Of a stretch of 64,000 bases of DNA, positions 24,235-36,584 are shown in pieces. The notes beneath the pieces were generated by a model. It was not told the origin of the DNA and searched no databases. It was given only the letters and a program-made list of their open reading frames with translations. The position numbers and the translations under genes are program-made. The DNA comes from Chrysemys picta bellii (lineage: Eukaryota). Numbering within the stretch: position 1 is the first letter of the stretch; every line of letters begins with the position of its first letter. The stretch covers positions 86,428,001 to 86,492,000 of the forward strand of contig NC_088791.1 of NCBI RefSeq assembly GCF_011386835.1. Reading direction: 5' to 3'.

Positions 24235-24815
24235 TTCTTCCCATTCTGAAGTGAAGGATGGTGTTCTTTCAGAATTTCCTTTAGAATTTTGTTGGCTTGG
24301 TGTGGGTTCACTCCAGTTGCTTCTTGCTTTTTTCCCATTAGGTGGATAGGAGATGAGATTAGAGTCAGACTTTGAAACATTTTTGGATAAATGCATTTCA
24401 AGCAGCGTCTTTGGCAAAGATCGAATCCTCCCAAGTGTGCACGCTCGCTCCACAAATCCCCCAGTAGTAATAATCCATTGCTCGCCTATTCTTGTTTTTG
24501 TGCCAACCAATGTATGATTTTCTAATGGATTAATTTTAGTATGAAATATAGTTCTGTTTACAACTTGTGGTTTTTTTTTCTTAGCTGGAGGATCAGGGTT
24601 GTTTTCCTGCTGTAGCTGTCTCTGTTGTACTGTGTTCTTGTTTAAACTGCTTTCCTGTGGATCGCTGCAATGGTTTGCTTTATTATACAGTTGAAGTGGA
24701 TTTTCAGGTGGATCACATGCAGGTGAAGACCCATGAAGTAGACCAGCAAATTGCTCAGCGGGGTGTCCTTTGGGAAGCTTGTTTTCAGTGAATGTTTCTT
24801 GCTGACAAAGATTCT
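24235..24815 (-). CDS. ANKS1B: ANKS1B large linker coding exon (581 bp)
   Basis: ctattttgcag|AG AAT CTT...GAA TGG GAA GAA|gtaagtc: 2 nt plus 193 open codons, including EQFAGLLHGSSPACDPPENP, GGFVERACTLGRIRSLPK, SKNVSKSDSNLI and GNSERTPSFTSEWEE, which match recalled human ANKS1B. Confidence 0.97.
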
Positions 24816-25971
24816 CTGCAAAATAGTAAGGGTTTTTTTGTTTATAATTTTCATCAAATACCTTTTAAAATCATAATGGTCTGAACACAGGAATATTTTT
24901 GGTATGCTTTTTGGTACTTAAATATGTATGGAAACAGAAGCTTGATATTTCCTATAATAGCAGTCATGCACTGGTTTATTGTTAATCTGTTAGAAAGTTG
25001 TACTTTGTTTTTTTCTTGATAAATTTGATTAATTGGTCTGCTTTGGTTGGAAAATAAACATGAGTACCGTGGGAGTGCTGTAAATAACAGCTAGTAGAAA
25101 GGGGAATTGTTAAAATACTAATGGTCATTTTAATCTATTAACTTGATGGTTTCTCTAACTTTGCTGTTGAGAAGAAATAGGTACAAACTATACAATCTGT
25201 TATAAACTAAATTATTTGGGTACACTTTTATGTGGTAAAATGCATGTGCAACTATGATTGACACAGATATTGTACTGTCAATAATTACTCTTTCTACAGC
25301 CTAGTTAATAACTTTGCATCTAAACTAGGATTCATTTTTCCTGACAACAGCAAAAGAACAGTTCTGGCTTTTGTTTTTATTTCTTGCAAATTTGCAAGCA
25401 GAGTTTCAAAGTAACAGCAGCGATTGTAAAAAAAAGAATAGGAAATCAAATACATTTTATTGTCTCCAAAATATCCCATGTCTCTTCTCTTTTAACAATA
25501 AACTTTCTGTATGATTTAGTACCAAACATACTTTTTTAGCAACCACTAGGAATGTATTTGCCCTTGTAAACCTGTATCTACACAGGCCAAGAGAAAGGAC
25601 TGAGGGCTTCTTCACACACAAAAGTTGTACTGCTTTCACTATACTGGTAAAGTAAAAGCAGTACCACCCCCTTAGTATGGATGCAGTTACAGCAGTGAAA
25701 GATGCACCTTATTATTACTGGTGCTTTTATACCAGTATAACTGTGGCTACACTAAGGTTGTACCTGTATAACTATTTCAGTTAAAAAACCAACCAAATAT
25801 CACACCCCTAATGGAAATAATTGTATCAGCATAAAAACTATGTAAAAACCTTAAAAGTCGATTTGATTTTGCGCATAGTGAAGCTATCAGAAGGAATAAA
25901 ATTTATCACCATATCATAAATTGCATGAAAGTCCATCAGTTTCCTACAATTTGCTAAAGCTTGTCATAAAT

Positions 25972-26140
25972 CATGGTTCTCAAACTATGGTCCATAGAAA
26001 CCTTCCTGATGGTCCATAAAATGAAACAAAATTAGAGAAACAAGCAGTGGGAGATCTAGAGAGTTGGTAGAGGAGATTGAACACAAGAGGCCCTCTTCTT
26101 TCACTGGTCAATAGTCTGAAAAAATTGGAGAACTACTCTT
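25972..26140. mobile_element. Short degraded hAT-type MITE
   Basis: catggttctcaaactatggtcc ... aaaattggagaactactc. No clean TSD seen. Confidence 0.45.
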
Positions 26141-26699
26141 CCAAGCACATTGCTCAACACTATTGCACAATACTAAGCAGAACTAGAAAGAATATAATAC
26201 CCTGTTAACGAAAAAAGTACTTATCTCCTTTGAAAAGCAGATGCCTAAAATATATCTGTTAGGCAGACCTGAGCATTTTGGAACAGAGAAGGTGTAGGAT
26301 GTTATGGCAAAGAAGAGGACGTGGGATGTGATAGAGTTTGCAGAATCAAGGACATCAGGAAGGCTGTTTTGGGGGATAAAAAAAGAGGTCAACCCCCTTA
26401 TTTTCTTTCAACTTTTGAAATTTGCTGGGTGAGTTCTGTGGGGGTGTCACCTGGAGGGTAAATTCGGAAGGTGGCAGCTGTATATAAGCTGACTTACTTG
26501 ATTCTACTGAGAGAGCAGGAACACTGACTGTGCACCTAATAACCATGACAGTGAGATCTCTCTCTCTGGTTGTGTCTAATTTACTTAGAAGTGTTAGTTG
26601 GTAGTTTGCCTTTTCTTTTTTTAGGCATTTTCCTTTCTATAGTTTGCTTTAAATAGAATATTCTAATAGTTTGTTGTATACAATCCTTTCTTTTCCCCG

Positions 26700-26744
26700 T
26701 TTGAGTTGAACACTGAATAGTCTCTATTCAGTGTTCAACTCAAA
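26700..26744. repeat. Perfect 21-bp-stem hairpin
   Basis: tttgagttgaacactgaatag-tct-ctattcagtgttcaactcaaa. Confidence 0.95.
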
Positions 26745-26799
26745 TCCAATATATATAGATTTGCTTGGTTTTATTACTGCTCACTCTGAGGGTTTTTAG

Positions 26800-27295
26800 T
26801 GTAAGAGACCTGGGTGTAGATGGTCTGGCCTAGCAGTCACAGCTGGACTGTGGTCCGCACGTTAGGAACAGTAATTGGTGAGCAGGGGTTGGAAGAATCA
26901 CTAGAGCTGGGTTCAATAAGCAAGAGTCATGGTCAAAATCAGTCTGATATAGGAGACTGGAGATCAAAGGTAGTATGAGGCTGGAATCAGGATCAGAGTC
27001 AGGCTGGGATCGGAAGCCAGAGACCAAGAGACAAGGTGAGGTCTGGAGTCGCAGCAGGCCCAAAGTCTGTGTGGTTGCCAAGACAACTTCATGGGGCAAC
27101 CAGGGTTAAATAGGGCACTTGGCCAATCAGAGGCTCACAGGTTCTGTTACTCTGGATTTCTTGGGCTTCCTGTGGTGCCTACTCTTTACAATACTCACTG
27201 TCTGTGGCTTGGCATGGCCACCTGGGGGCACTGTGGGACTATCAACTATCCCAGGCTCTCCAGACCAAGGTTCTAATCCCTGCATCCTAGTTACA
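26800..27295 (-). repeat. 3' LTR of the Gypsy element (complete, 496 bp)
   Basis: tgtaag...gttaca termini. Minus-strand purine tract gaagaggtg abuts 27295. TATA-like TATTTAA on minus at 27112-27106. Confidence 0.88.
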
Positions 27296-27394
27296 CACCT
27301 CTTCAGGGGCACCCTTCCTCCAGGTGGGTGCTGGGCCTGGTTTATATGTGTGGTCTAGATTAAACCTTTTTACTAGGTCAGGGGCATGGACTTG

Positions 27395-27545
27395 GGCAGT
27401 GGACTCCCAGGAATGCTCTTTGGGATCATAGCCCCTCCTCCCTCAAGTCAAATAGTTAGTACAGTCTGCCTCTCTGCAGTTTAGAGTTGAGGATAACATG
27501 GACTATATATTCCTCATACCCATGGACCTGGACTGGCGGGGTAGC
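27395..27545 (-). pseudogene. Integrase C-terminal chromodomain remnant
   Basis: PPVQVHGYEEYIVHVILNSKLQRGRLY matches the chromovirus pattern PP.v.g.eeY.Ve.IldS...rgkl.Y. Confidence 0.75.
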
Positions 27546-28333
27546 TGTTGGGACTGATTGGGAAAGAGGTCCTCTGTATAACGCTTCAGCAGGGATATGC
27601 GGAAAATGCGACTTAAGAGCTCAAGAGAGCTTCAATTTGAAGGTGATGGGTTTTATTTGCTGAATTGGAGGTCTAACTTGCAAGATGTCTTGTTTGTATG
27701 GAGGTGTTCTGCTGCAAGTCAGAGCTTTTGGCCTACCATGAGAGCTGAGCCTTCCTGGAGTCGATGGTTTGTGTACCACTTTATAGTCCCATTTTGCATC
27801 TTTGAGGTGGTCGTTAAGCTCCTCCTGGATATGGTGAATTTGCTAGATCCAGTCAGCAGCTGCTGGGTTCAGGGAAGCTGCTGGCAAGGCTGCCTGGAAG
27901 CAAGGGTGTAACCCATAATTAGCAAAGAAGGGACTCTGCCCCATGAAGGTGTGGTTGGCATTGTATGAGAATTTGGAGTAAGGAAGGAGGGAGAACCAAT
28001 TATCTTGATGGTAGTTGAAAACACATCTTAGGCATTGCTCTAATTCTTGGTTCACCCTCTCTGTCTGCTCATCTGTCTGGGGGTGAAAGATAAAAGGAGG
28101 AGGTAAAAGTTCGAACTTCCATGAGCCAGACCACTTCATGCACAAAGCGTGACACAAACTGTCGGCTTTGGTCTGGAAGCCCACAAAGATGGATCATTTG
28201 AACCACCAGGAGTTGAGCCATTGTTTCAGCAGAGGGCAGGCTGTCGCAGTGAATGAAATGCACCATTTTGGTCAGTTGGTCTACAGCAGTCAAGACCACA
28301 GTGTGGCTATCAGAGTCAAGGACTTCCACTATG

Positions 28334-28516
28334 AAAAGAAGAACAGGAGTACTTGTGGCACCTTAGAGACTAACAAATTTATTAGAGCATAAACTTTCGT
28401 GGACTACAGCCCACTTCTTCGGATGCATCTAATAAATTTGTTAGTCTCTAAGGTGCCACAAGTACTCCTGTTCTTCTTTTTGCGGATACAGACTAACACG
28501 GCTGTTACTCTGAAAC
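28334..28516 (+). mobile_element. Penelope-derived mini-hairpin inserted into the Gypsy integrase
   Basis: 53-bp perfect stem (28334-28386 / 28428-28480), 41-nt loop and tail gcggatacagactaacacggctgttactctgaaac. TSD cttccactatg(aa) at 28323 and 28517. Confidence 0.93.
28387..28426 (-). ncRNA. Minimal hammerhead motif forming the hairpin loop (same strand as ANKS1B)
   Basis: Minus strand gcat-ccgaaga-agtgggctgtagtccac-gaaagttt-atgc. Confidence 0.68.
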
Positions 28517-31354
28517 CTTCCACTATGAAGTCCATCATGACTGAAGCCCAGAATCTAGGCAGGATCTACGAGGTGCTAGGGCACCAACAGACTTGAAACT
28601 TGATCTCTTAGTGGGCACACACAGCTCAGGAATCAACATAGTCCTGGACTTCAGTTCACAGATGGGCCACCAGAAGAAATAGAAAGCCATGTGGAAAGTC
28701 TTAAAGTGGCCTGCCATGAAGTGTCATGGCAGAGATGGAGCACTTCTAGCCAGGGGGCCCTGGTGGAACATATATGCACTCATTGATGTAGGTGAGCCCA
28801 TCCTGTGTGGAACACTGCATTTTGGTTCTGGCTCTCATTTGCTCAGGCTGTTCCATCACCTCCTGAGATAACAGATTGCACCGTGAAGTGGATCAGATTA
28901 GATCAAGTAGGCCTCAGCATGTTATGGCACTAAGGAAGTTGCAAGGTTTTAGGAGAAAGGGTGGTTCTTAGTTGCTCCTTGCTTCCTTGGTGGAATTCCC
29001 CCTTTCAGGATAAGGCTTTGGCTTTCCCATTCCTGGTTCCCAGGTAATAGGTGATGACAAAATTGAATGGAGAAAAGAATAACACCCATCTGAGCTGCCT
29101 TTGGGTCAAGGCTTGAGCCTTCCATAGATATTCAAGGTTCTCATGATCAGAAAAAACTTGCACTGGGTGGGCGATGGTGCCACTCTTCGAATTCAATTGC
29201 AAGTAAATCCTTATTTAATATTTCATAATTCTGTTTGGCAGGGGTGAGTTTTCAGGAGTAGTAGGCATAGGGGCACAACACTTGCTGTGGACTATACCTC
29301 TGAGAGAGAGTGGCCCCAGTGGCCACCTTGGAGGCATCAGCTTCCATTATGAACACCTGGGCTGGGTGCTGGTGTGCTAGAATGGAAGCAGTGGTGAAGG
29401 CAACTTTGAGCTATTTGAAAGAATTGTGAGCTTTGGGTGTTTAAACAACTTTGGCAGCCTTGCAGATGGGGTTGGTAATGGGGGCTATTTGTCCTGAGAA
29501 GCCTGGAATGAACCATCAGTAAAAATTTGCAAAGCCCAGGAAGCACTGTAACTCCTAGCGGGTCCTGGGCATGGCCCATCTGCAGCCAGCCTCCACCTTC
29601 TGGGGATTCATCTTGATGTCTTCTGGGGAAAAGATGTAACCCAAGAATTCTGTTCATAATCTTTCCAGGATGGAATGAACATCGTAACAATGCTGCTCAG
29701 GATTATCTGAAAAGACAAGTATGTCATCAAGATAGCTGATTACATACTGGTCCAGGATGTCTCTAATTAAGTCATTCATGAAGTGTTGAAAGATTACAGG
29801 AGTGTTGTTGGTCAGCTGGAATGGCATAACTGAATTTTTGAAGTGCCCAAGCGGGTTTGAAAGGCAGTCTTCCATTTGTCTCCTGCCTTGATGCGCACTA
29901 GGTTATAAGTGCCCAAGGGGTCCAGTTTGGTGAAAATTCTGGCAGATCAGAAACTCCAAGATCATGTGGCGAGGATACCTGTTTCAGACCGTCACCTGGC
30001 TTAGGGTCTGATATTCTATGCAAAGGCATAGCGTTTCATCCTTTTTCTTAATGAAAAGGACTGGAGTCCCTGCTAAGGAGATGGTGTGCCAGCTGAAGTC
30101 CTAGGCCAGGTTTTCCTGGATAAACGCATGAAAGGCTCCTAACTTGGGCTTGGACATTACATAGATCCATCCATAAGGGACCTTCACCCAGGTTCCACGT
30201 CTATGGGACAGTCATAGTCCCTGTGCGGAGGTAGTGTGTCTGCGCTCTTCTTCCCTAAAACGTCCACATAAATCCTCATACTTTTCAGAGAGATGGGGAC
30301 TCAGGCTTGGGAGTGACTTTCTGGCTAGCTGCTGCCATCTGGCATTCCCAAACAGGTGCTGTCACTTCTGATCGGCTGAAGGAGTCCTGGACTAGGGGGT
30401 TGGGACCACCTGCATGTAGGCAGGTGAGGCCACTTGGGGCAGCATTCAGAGGAGAAGCTGATCTTCTTTTCTTACCAGGAGTTGCAAGGATCCATGCTGC
30501 TCCAGCCAGGTGATGCCAAGAATTAGGGGGAAACATGGAGAATGCATCACATTGAACTGTAGCACTTTTCAATAGCCCTAGATTACGGCCTCTAGAAATA
30601 TTGTTTCCTGTATCACTGGCCCCAAGGACAGGAGGAACCCCTCTATCATTTCTATGAGAACCAATGTGAGCTTTAAACGGAAGTGAATTTGTAGTGCTTA
30701 AGCAGCTTTGGCATCTATGAAGTTATCAATAGCCCTGAAATCAATCAAGACTCAGGGGAGGGGAATTGGGTTGGCCCCATCCATGGTACATAATTCTATT
30801 CCTTCTTGGAAGTGTGGGGAGGACCTGCATGTCCTATATTGGATTTCTCTTGAGGGCTGGGGGTGGTTTCAGTGCATAGTGCCTTGGTGGTGGGCAGGCT
30901 ATACCTGTCATATGTCCTAGGCTCACTCATTTCCTGATTGCTTGCAGGTCGAGGTCCATGACGTGCATGAGGTGAGGGCATGTCCTGGTGCTCTGCAATT
31001 AAAAAAAAGCCAAACAAACAGGTTATTGTGCTGTCACCGTTCCTTTTCTTCCAGGATCTAGTGTCGGTGGACCAGATCAACCTGCAACAGTTCATGGTTG
31101 GACCCTGGGGATTTTGGTATGGGTGAAGCAGTGGCAGGGTGCCCCTCTCCTCCTTTTGCTCGCTCAGCCAATTGTCAATGCAGAGAGAGAGAGAGAAGTC
31201 AATGAATGCATCCAAATGGGACAGGATCTCAACGTGGGTTAGCTCATCATTTACTTCCTCACTAAGTCCACACTGAAAATGATGCAGTTGGGCTGCCTCG
31301 TTCGATTCAATGTCAACTGCGAGCATATGAGGCAGCTGGCCCTTGCTGGAGCCT

Positions 31355-31840
31355 TCATAGTGCAGCTTCCACTGAGCGAGAGTGATGAGGATAATCAAAA
31401 ATGGCTGAAAATGCTTGCAAAAAGGAATTCCAGACTGGGCTGTTCTGCTCCAGCAGGGGAGAAACCCAATCCAGCACTTTTCTAGCAAGTAAACTGATAA
31501 CTAGTCCCACCCTGGCCTCATCAGTGGGATGCATTTGAGGGCAGAGCAGGAAAAGAAGATGGCATTGGTCCAGAAACCCCTTGAATTTCTGGCAGTTCCC
31601 ATCAAAATGTTCATGTAGTGGTACTGCAAGGTCCTGTTTAGAGGGCAATGGCCCAACCTGAGCCTGGAGCATGGTATTCTCTTCCCGGGACTGTGCTAGC
31701 TGTTTGTGAAGTGCCTGATTTTCTGCTAAGAGCTGCTCTACTTGGGACCACAGCAGATGGTTCACAGTTTGGAGTTGCATGATCTGCTCCTGCAGATTTA
31801 GTATCCCATGGGATCCAGTGGGTGATGGTAGACCTGCCCC
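31355..31840 (-). pseudogene. Sushi-like gag (PEG10/RTL/LDOC1-related capsid N-domain)
   Basis: HEHFDGNCQKFKGFLDQCHLLFLLCPQMHPTDEARVGLVISLL...WVSPLLEQNSP...FSAIFDYP after a coiled-coil-like stretch. Continues by frameshift into 30796-31488. Confidence 0.85.
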
Positions 31841-31898
31841 TTTCATATACCTGTTAAAGGGCTCCCACAGAGGGGGTTGGAAGTAGGTCTGGGTAAAA

Positions 31899-32184
31899 TG
31901 TAAGGGACTGGAGCTTAGACAGTCTTGCCTAGCAGTCACAGTTGGGCTGGGGTCCACATGTCAGGAACGTAGTTGGTGAGCAGCAGGTGAAGGAATCACT
32001 AGAGCCAGGTTCAATAAGCAAGAATCAGGATTAAAATCAGGCCAGGGATGGAGATCAGAGGTAGTAAGAGACTGGAATCAGGGTCAGGATCAGGCTGGAA
32101 TCAGAGTCAGGCTAGGATGGGAGGCTGGAGATCAGGAGATGAAAAGATGTCTGAAGTCGCAGCAGGCCCAAAGTCTGTGTAGTT
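31899..32184 (-). repeat. 5' LTR of the Gypsy element, truncated (U5 and most of R only)
   Basis: Aligns to 26800-27076 (roughly 75-80% by eye). Homology stops after gcaggcccaaagtctgtgt. Confidence 0.88.
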
Positions 32185-34014
32185 TATTAGCCCCACAGAG
32201 TAACATCAGTTACATCGACTTAAGCGGCAGTATAGACAAGCCCTGAGTGTGCTTTTGTGTATTGAGCATTGAATTCTTTTCTCTGTACTTTTCAAGTACA
32301 AAGTGCAAGAAAAGTAGGAAGATTTCTATGATTTTAGCCTTCAACACTTCCTCTAGTGTGGTTTACTCAAATAACAAAATTATTGAACATAACTTCCCAA
32401 ATGTAAAGGGTATGGGGCTACCACAGGTTAAAAATAGCTGAGTGATTAGGAATAAGATTCAAATATTCTTACAGCCACTCCTTTTGTCAGAGGGTAGGGA
32501 ATTTCCCTCACTTGTGAATCTTTTTATGTAAATTTTTTGATGACTAGCAAAGCATTGGTAGTCCTGATGCATCCATCTTTCACTAATGAAGTCCAAACAC
32601 AAAAGAAAAAGAAACAAACAGCAACTACATTCATGCACTCATGTAGATATCTGCATTTGTCTGTCAAAAGGTCAAAGCAGGGTCCGTATCTGATGTAGCC
32701 AATGTGGGGCGGCCACACTGGTATGTAAAACTACTGGTACATAAAACATTGGTGGAAGGGTGCTCACTTCTTACCCAATGAAGATTTATTATGGGAGAGG
32801 AACTGAAAAGCAGATTTTTGTTTTTACATACCACTTATGGTCATTGATGTTACTGAAGTGTAATGTGAATATTTAATATAACAGTTTCACCTGAATGTCA
32901 TTTTAGTATAGTGTGCATTATAGGCAAGGATGGTAGCACTGCCTATCGTTAAGACTCTGCAACACTTCCTATGATAAGACACTGTTTTCAGATGAGTATA
33001 ACTTTGCCAAACTTTAACCATTTGGGCTGAAATTTGCTATGCTGGCTGTCTGCCTCCAGCTGATTTTTTTTTTAATGTTAAAGTCAAAATGATTCAACTG
33101 TTTCCAAGAACAAGGCAAGGGGAAAAATAAGTTCTGACATTTAACAACATGTAACAACCTTTTTCAAATAGCTCGTGCCCCCATGCTTTAGAGTAAGCAC
33201 TGGAAATCTTGCAGAGAAGTGGCCCTTGTGCCAGGCAAGTGTCTTTTGTTGTTCCTGTGAAAATCAGCCCACATTTGGCCAAGTTAAAAGCCTTTGAAGA
33301 AATCTTAGTTTGCATATATGCAGTAGAGACATTTCAGATTTCAGCAGCTAAAATCTCTGAAGATTTCATCCTCACTGCATGCTTCAGGCCCCCACAACTC
33401 TTAATGCTGACCAGATTGCTCATGCACCCTCCACACAGAGGAACTGAGCATGCTCCAGTCTAGGCTGTAGGGATCATGCTGGATTTTCTCTGTAACTGTT
33501 ACTCTGGGCAGCTCTGGGCCATGGTGGGACCAGGGACCACCAGTGAGAGCGGGGAGCATGTCTCTCCCATGCTATCAAGAACACCCTCCTGGTGCCCAAG
33601 CAGTGTGAATGAAGAAGCTGCCTGACTTGAATGCAGGGAAGATAAGAGCTGAACTAGGGGAAGGGAAGAGAATAGATTGAGACAAGAGGTGAGAGAGAGA
33701 GAGTGGGTGGTGGAGAGAAACTGTGACTGGGGAGAGGAGACTATGATTGCTCAGACAAAGAAACTGGGACTGGTAAACAGTAGGGGGTGGAATGGAGCAG
33801 GAGAGAGACCACTTGAGGCCAGGAAAGAGGGTAAAGACAGATAAGACTAGAAGCAGTCTGATCAGGCAACCTTAAATCTGGCATTTCCTAACTTTTGAGA
33901 GCTTGATTTTCAACCTTATTTATCTTTTAACACAGTTCTTTGTGTGTAATACATTATTTTGCTATAGCATCAGTATTGTGGGTGCTTAGTGCCATTTTGT
34001 TGAGGGAATATAGG

Positions 34015-35990
34015 AAGTTCAACAGTGGACTAGACCAGTGCTCTATCTAGTACAATATCCTCTCCCTGCCCGATTCTTGATGCATCAGAGGAAAGCACAA
34101 GAAAGCAAGTAATGGATAATCACAGAATAACCTGACCATATGGGAAGTTTCTTCGGAACGCAAAACAGCTAGTCATTAGCCTGAAACATGAGGTTTAATA
34201 TAAATCGTTAAATGTTATTCCATCTAATATAGCTGTGGATGTTCTCATTATCCATATTAATGTCTGATTTTTAAATCCCTTTTTTGAGCTCTTGGCCTCA
34301 ATTATATTTAGCCACAAAGAGTTCTACTGGTTAATCATATGTTGTACGAAATAGTATTTCCTTTAATCAATTTTAAATTTTACCTTTTGGCTTCATTGTG
34401 CATCCCCATATTCTTGAATTATGAGAGAAGGTATATAGGAGTGCCAGATGTAACATCTCTATACTTTCCTTATTTTAAATACTCCTATATAATGTCCCTC
34501 TTTTCTGTTTCTCTCCAAAATAAGCAGTCCTATTTTTTTCAAACACTCTCAGAAAGAGGTCTTTCCATAGCTCTTAATAATTATCATTTGTCTTGAAAAC
34601 CCTCCTATTTCTATTTAATCATATTTTGGATGGATGACCAAAATTGGACACAGTATTCTAGACTATACCTATAAAGGCTGCTCAAAATGCGATATTTTAC
34701 ATATTATTTCCTATCCCATTATTTATACATACCAATATTTTGCTTGCCCCTCTTCAGGATGGATTATTTAAAAATAAATTTAAAAAATTGATTTTTAAAT
34801 TTAAATACAGATTTATTTATTTTTTAAATTAACCCATTTAAAAATAAATTTGAAATTGGCAACTTATGTTAAGACCTAAACCCTTATTATAATCTATTTA
34901 AATTAAATACAAAAATAATATTAAGCAATACATGTTTGCAACCAAGTTTTAAAGAAAGTCAAACCATTGAACTGATGGAAATCACTAAGTATTTGGAACC
35001 AGAATTTGTTAAAGTGCTAAACCAGATTTGACAGCAGTAGCTTGTTATGCAGGTACAGAGAGAATATTTTCTTCATTTCAGTTAATTCATGTAGTTCAAT
35101 TCAATGATTAGTTGATTCAAAGTTAAGATACCAGTGGGAGTTGAAAAATCAGAAACGCTTGTTTTCCTCTTCCAGTCTGTGAATAAAAACTGGGTTTGAG
35201 AGGATGAGATCTACTAGTTTTAAAAGCTTGAAGAATACGGTGACTGGAAACAATCAGTTCAATTTACTAACTACAGATAATACTTCCTTTGTTTAATAAA
35301 TCAATTTTAAATGCAAAACATTTTTAAACATATGTATCCAGCATATTTGTTTAATTAAAAATATGCTATTTTTGTACTTTTTACTTTGCATTTGAGTTTC
35401 CAAACAGAGCAGACTACAAATCACAAGTAAAAATTAATCATTATGAATAAGAAATGCATCATTCATTATTTTCTAACTTAATATAAACAAACTTACATTT
35501 ATTCAGATTCTTAATTTTAAATTCATGTAATTGTGTAAATAAATGTGTACAGAAATAATGTATCCTCCTGGTTAGCAAAAAGCAGCACCAACTTTTGTGT
35601 GAAGGCTATGTTTAGTTGCAGATCAATATGTTTTAATGGTTTCCAACCAATGATAATCAACCTTACTTCAGAGAAAGAACTTAAAAGTATAAATGCAATT
35701 TAAATCAAGGTTTCCTGCTTGCTGCTTTAAATCAATCCACCCTGCTTTTTGACTGCTGTTGTGCACTGAAAAGGTGTTTTCACTGAGTTGTCTATAGAGG
35801 CCTAGAATTGTTTCTTGAATGGTTACAGTTAATTTTAAATCCATCACATATGAACAGTTAAAATTGTTCTTCCCAATGTGCTCAATGCCCTAGTTTTCTT
35901 AGGCCCCTCTAAAGCTCTTCAGTCTTCACTCCGTATTTATAACTATCTTTAATTGTTGTTTCAACCTGTTTAATTGGCATTGATGTAAGG
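34015..35990 (-). mobile_element. Old CR1 fragment interrupted by a hAT element
   Basis: CR1-like antisense sequence on both sides of 34755-35744 (tttgactgctgttgtgcactga..., ttttcccaatgtg...). Confidence 0.7.
34755..35744 (+). mobile_element. hAT deletion derivative retaining the transposase C-terminal (dimerisation) coding remnant
   Basis: TIR caggatggatt / aatccaccctg. 35030-35190 reads TAVA..AGTERIFSSF...SKL..GVEKSETLVFLFQSVNK. Confidence 0.78.
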
Positions 35991-36308
35991 GCATTGTTTT
36001 GTCAGAGGGTTACCATCACCAGCCCAGCCTTCCCTACCTTTGCACAGGTACTCAGAGGAAGATCTATATGAGCAGGTCCTTGGGATATCCAAGAAAGAGA
36101 ATACTTGGAGAAGGCTGAGTTCCTCAGCTGAATCTCACCTGGAGGAATTCTGTTTATGTTAAACTATTTTCTTTTCTTTCTAATCCTGAAGAAAAAACCT
36201 TGAGGAAGAGATCTTGCTTATGAAGAGGATATTGTTTTTAATGCTGCTGTGCCATTCCACAAGCTTACAGTCATGAACAATGTCTGAAATGCAAAAATAC
36301 ATATAGGT

Positions 36309-36584
36309 CAGTGTTTCTCAAACTGGAGTCGCTGCTCGTGTAGGGAAAGCCCCTGGCGGGCCGGGCCGCTTTGTTTACCTGCCCCGTCCGCAGGTCCGGC
36401 CGATCGCGGCTCCCACTGGCCACGGTTCGCCGCTGCAGTGCAGCCCCCATTGACCTGCAGCGGCGAACCGCAGCCAGTGGGAGCCGCGATCGGCCGGACC
36501 TGCGGACGGGGCAGGTAAACAAACCGGCCCAGCCCGCCAGGGGTTTTCCCTACACGAGCGGCGACCCCAGTTTGAGAAACACTG
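36309..36584. mobile_element. Fold-back hAT MITE, CpG-rich
   Basis: TIR cagtgtttctcaaact extends to ~125-bp inverted arms. TSD atataggt / atatagat. Confidence 0.92.

Larger units (their letters stand above)
26800..32184 (-). mobile_element. Ty3/Gypsy chromovirus (Sushi/Tf1 group) LTR retrotransposon, degraded
   Basis: Order on the minus strand: gag, PR (VLIDFRAIDNFID, ~30720), RT ([20 protein letters not shown]), RH (VFSDHENLEYL), IN (WASVMMDFIVE...VDQLTKMVHF, HPQTDEQTERVNQELEQCLR), chromodomain, with LTRs at both ends. Confidence 0.95.
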
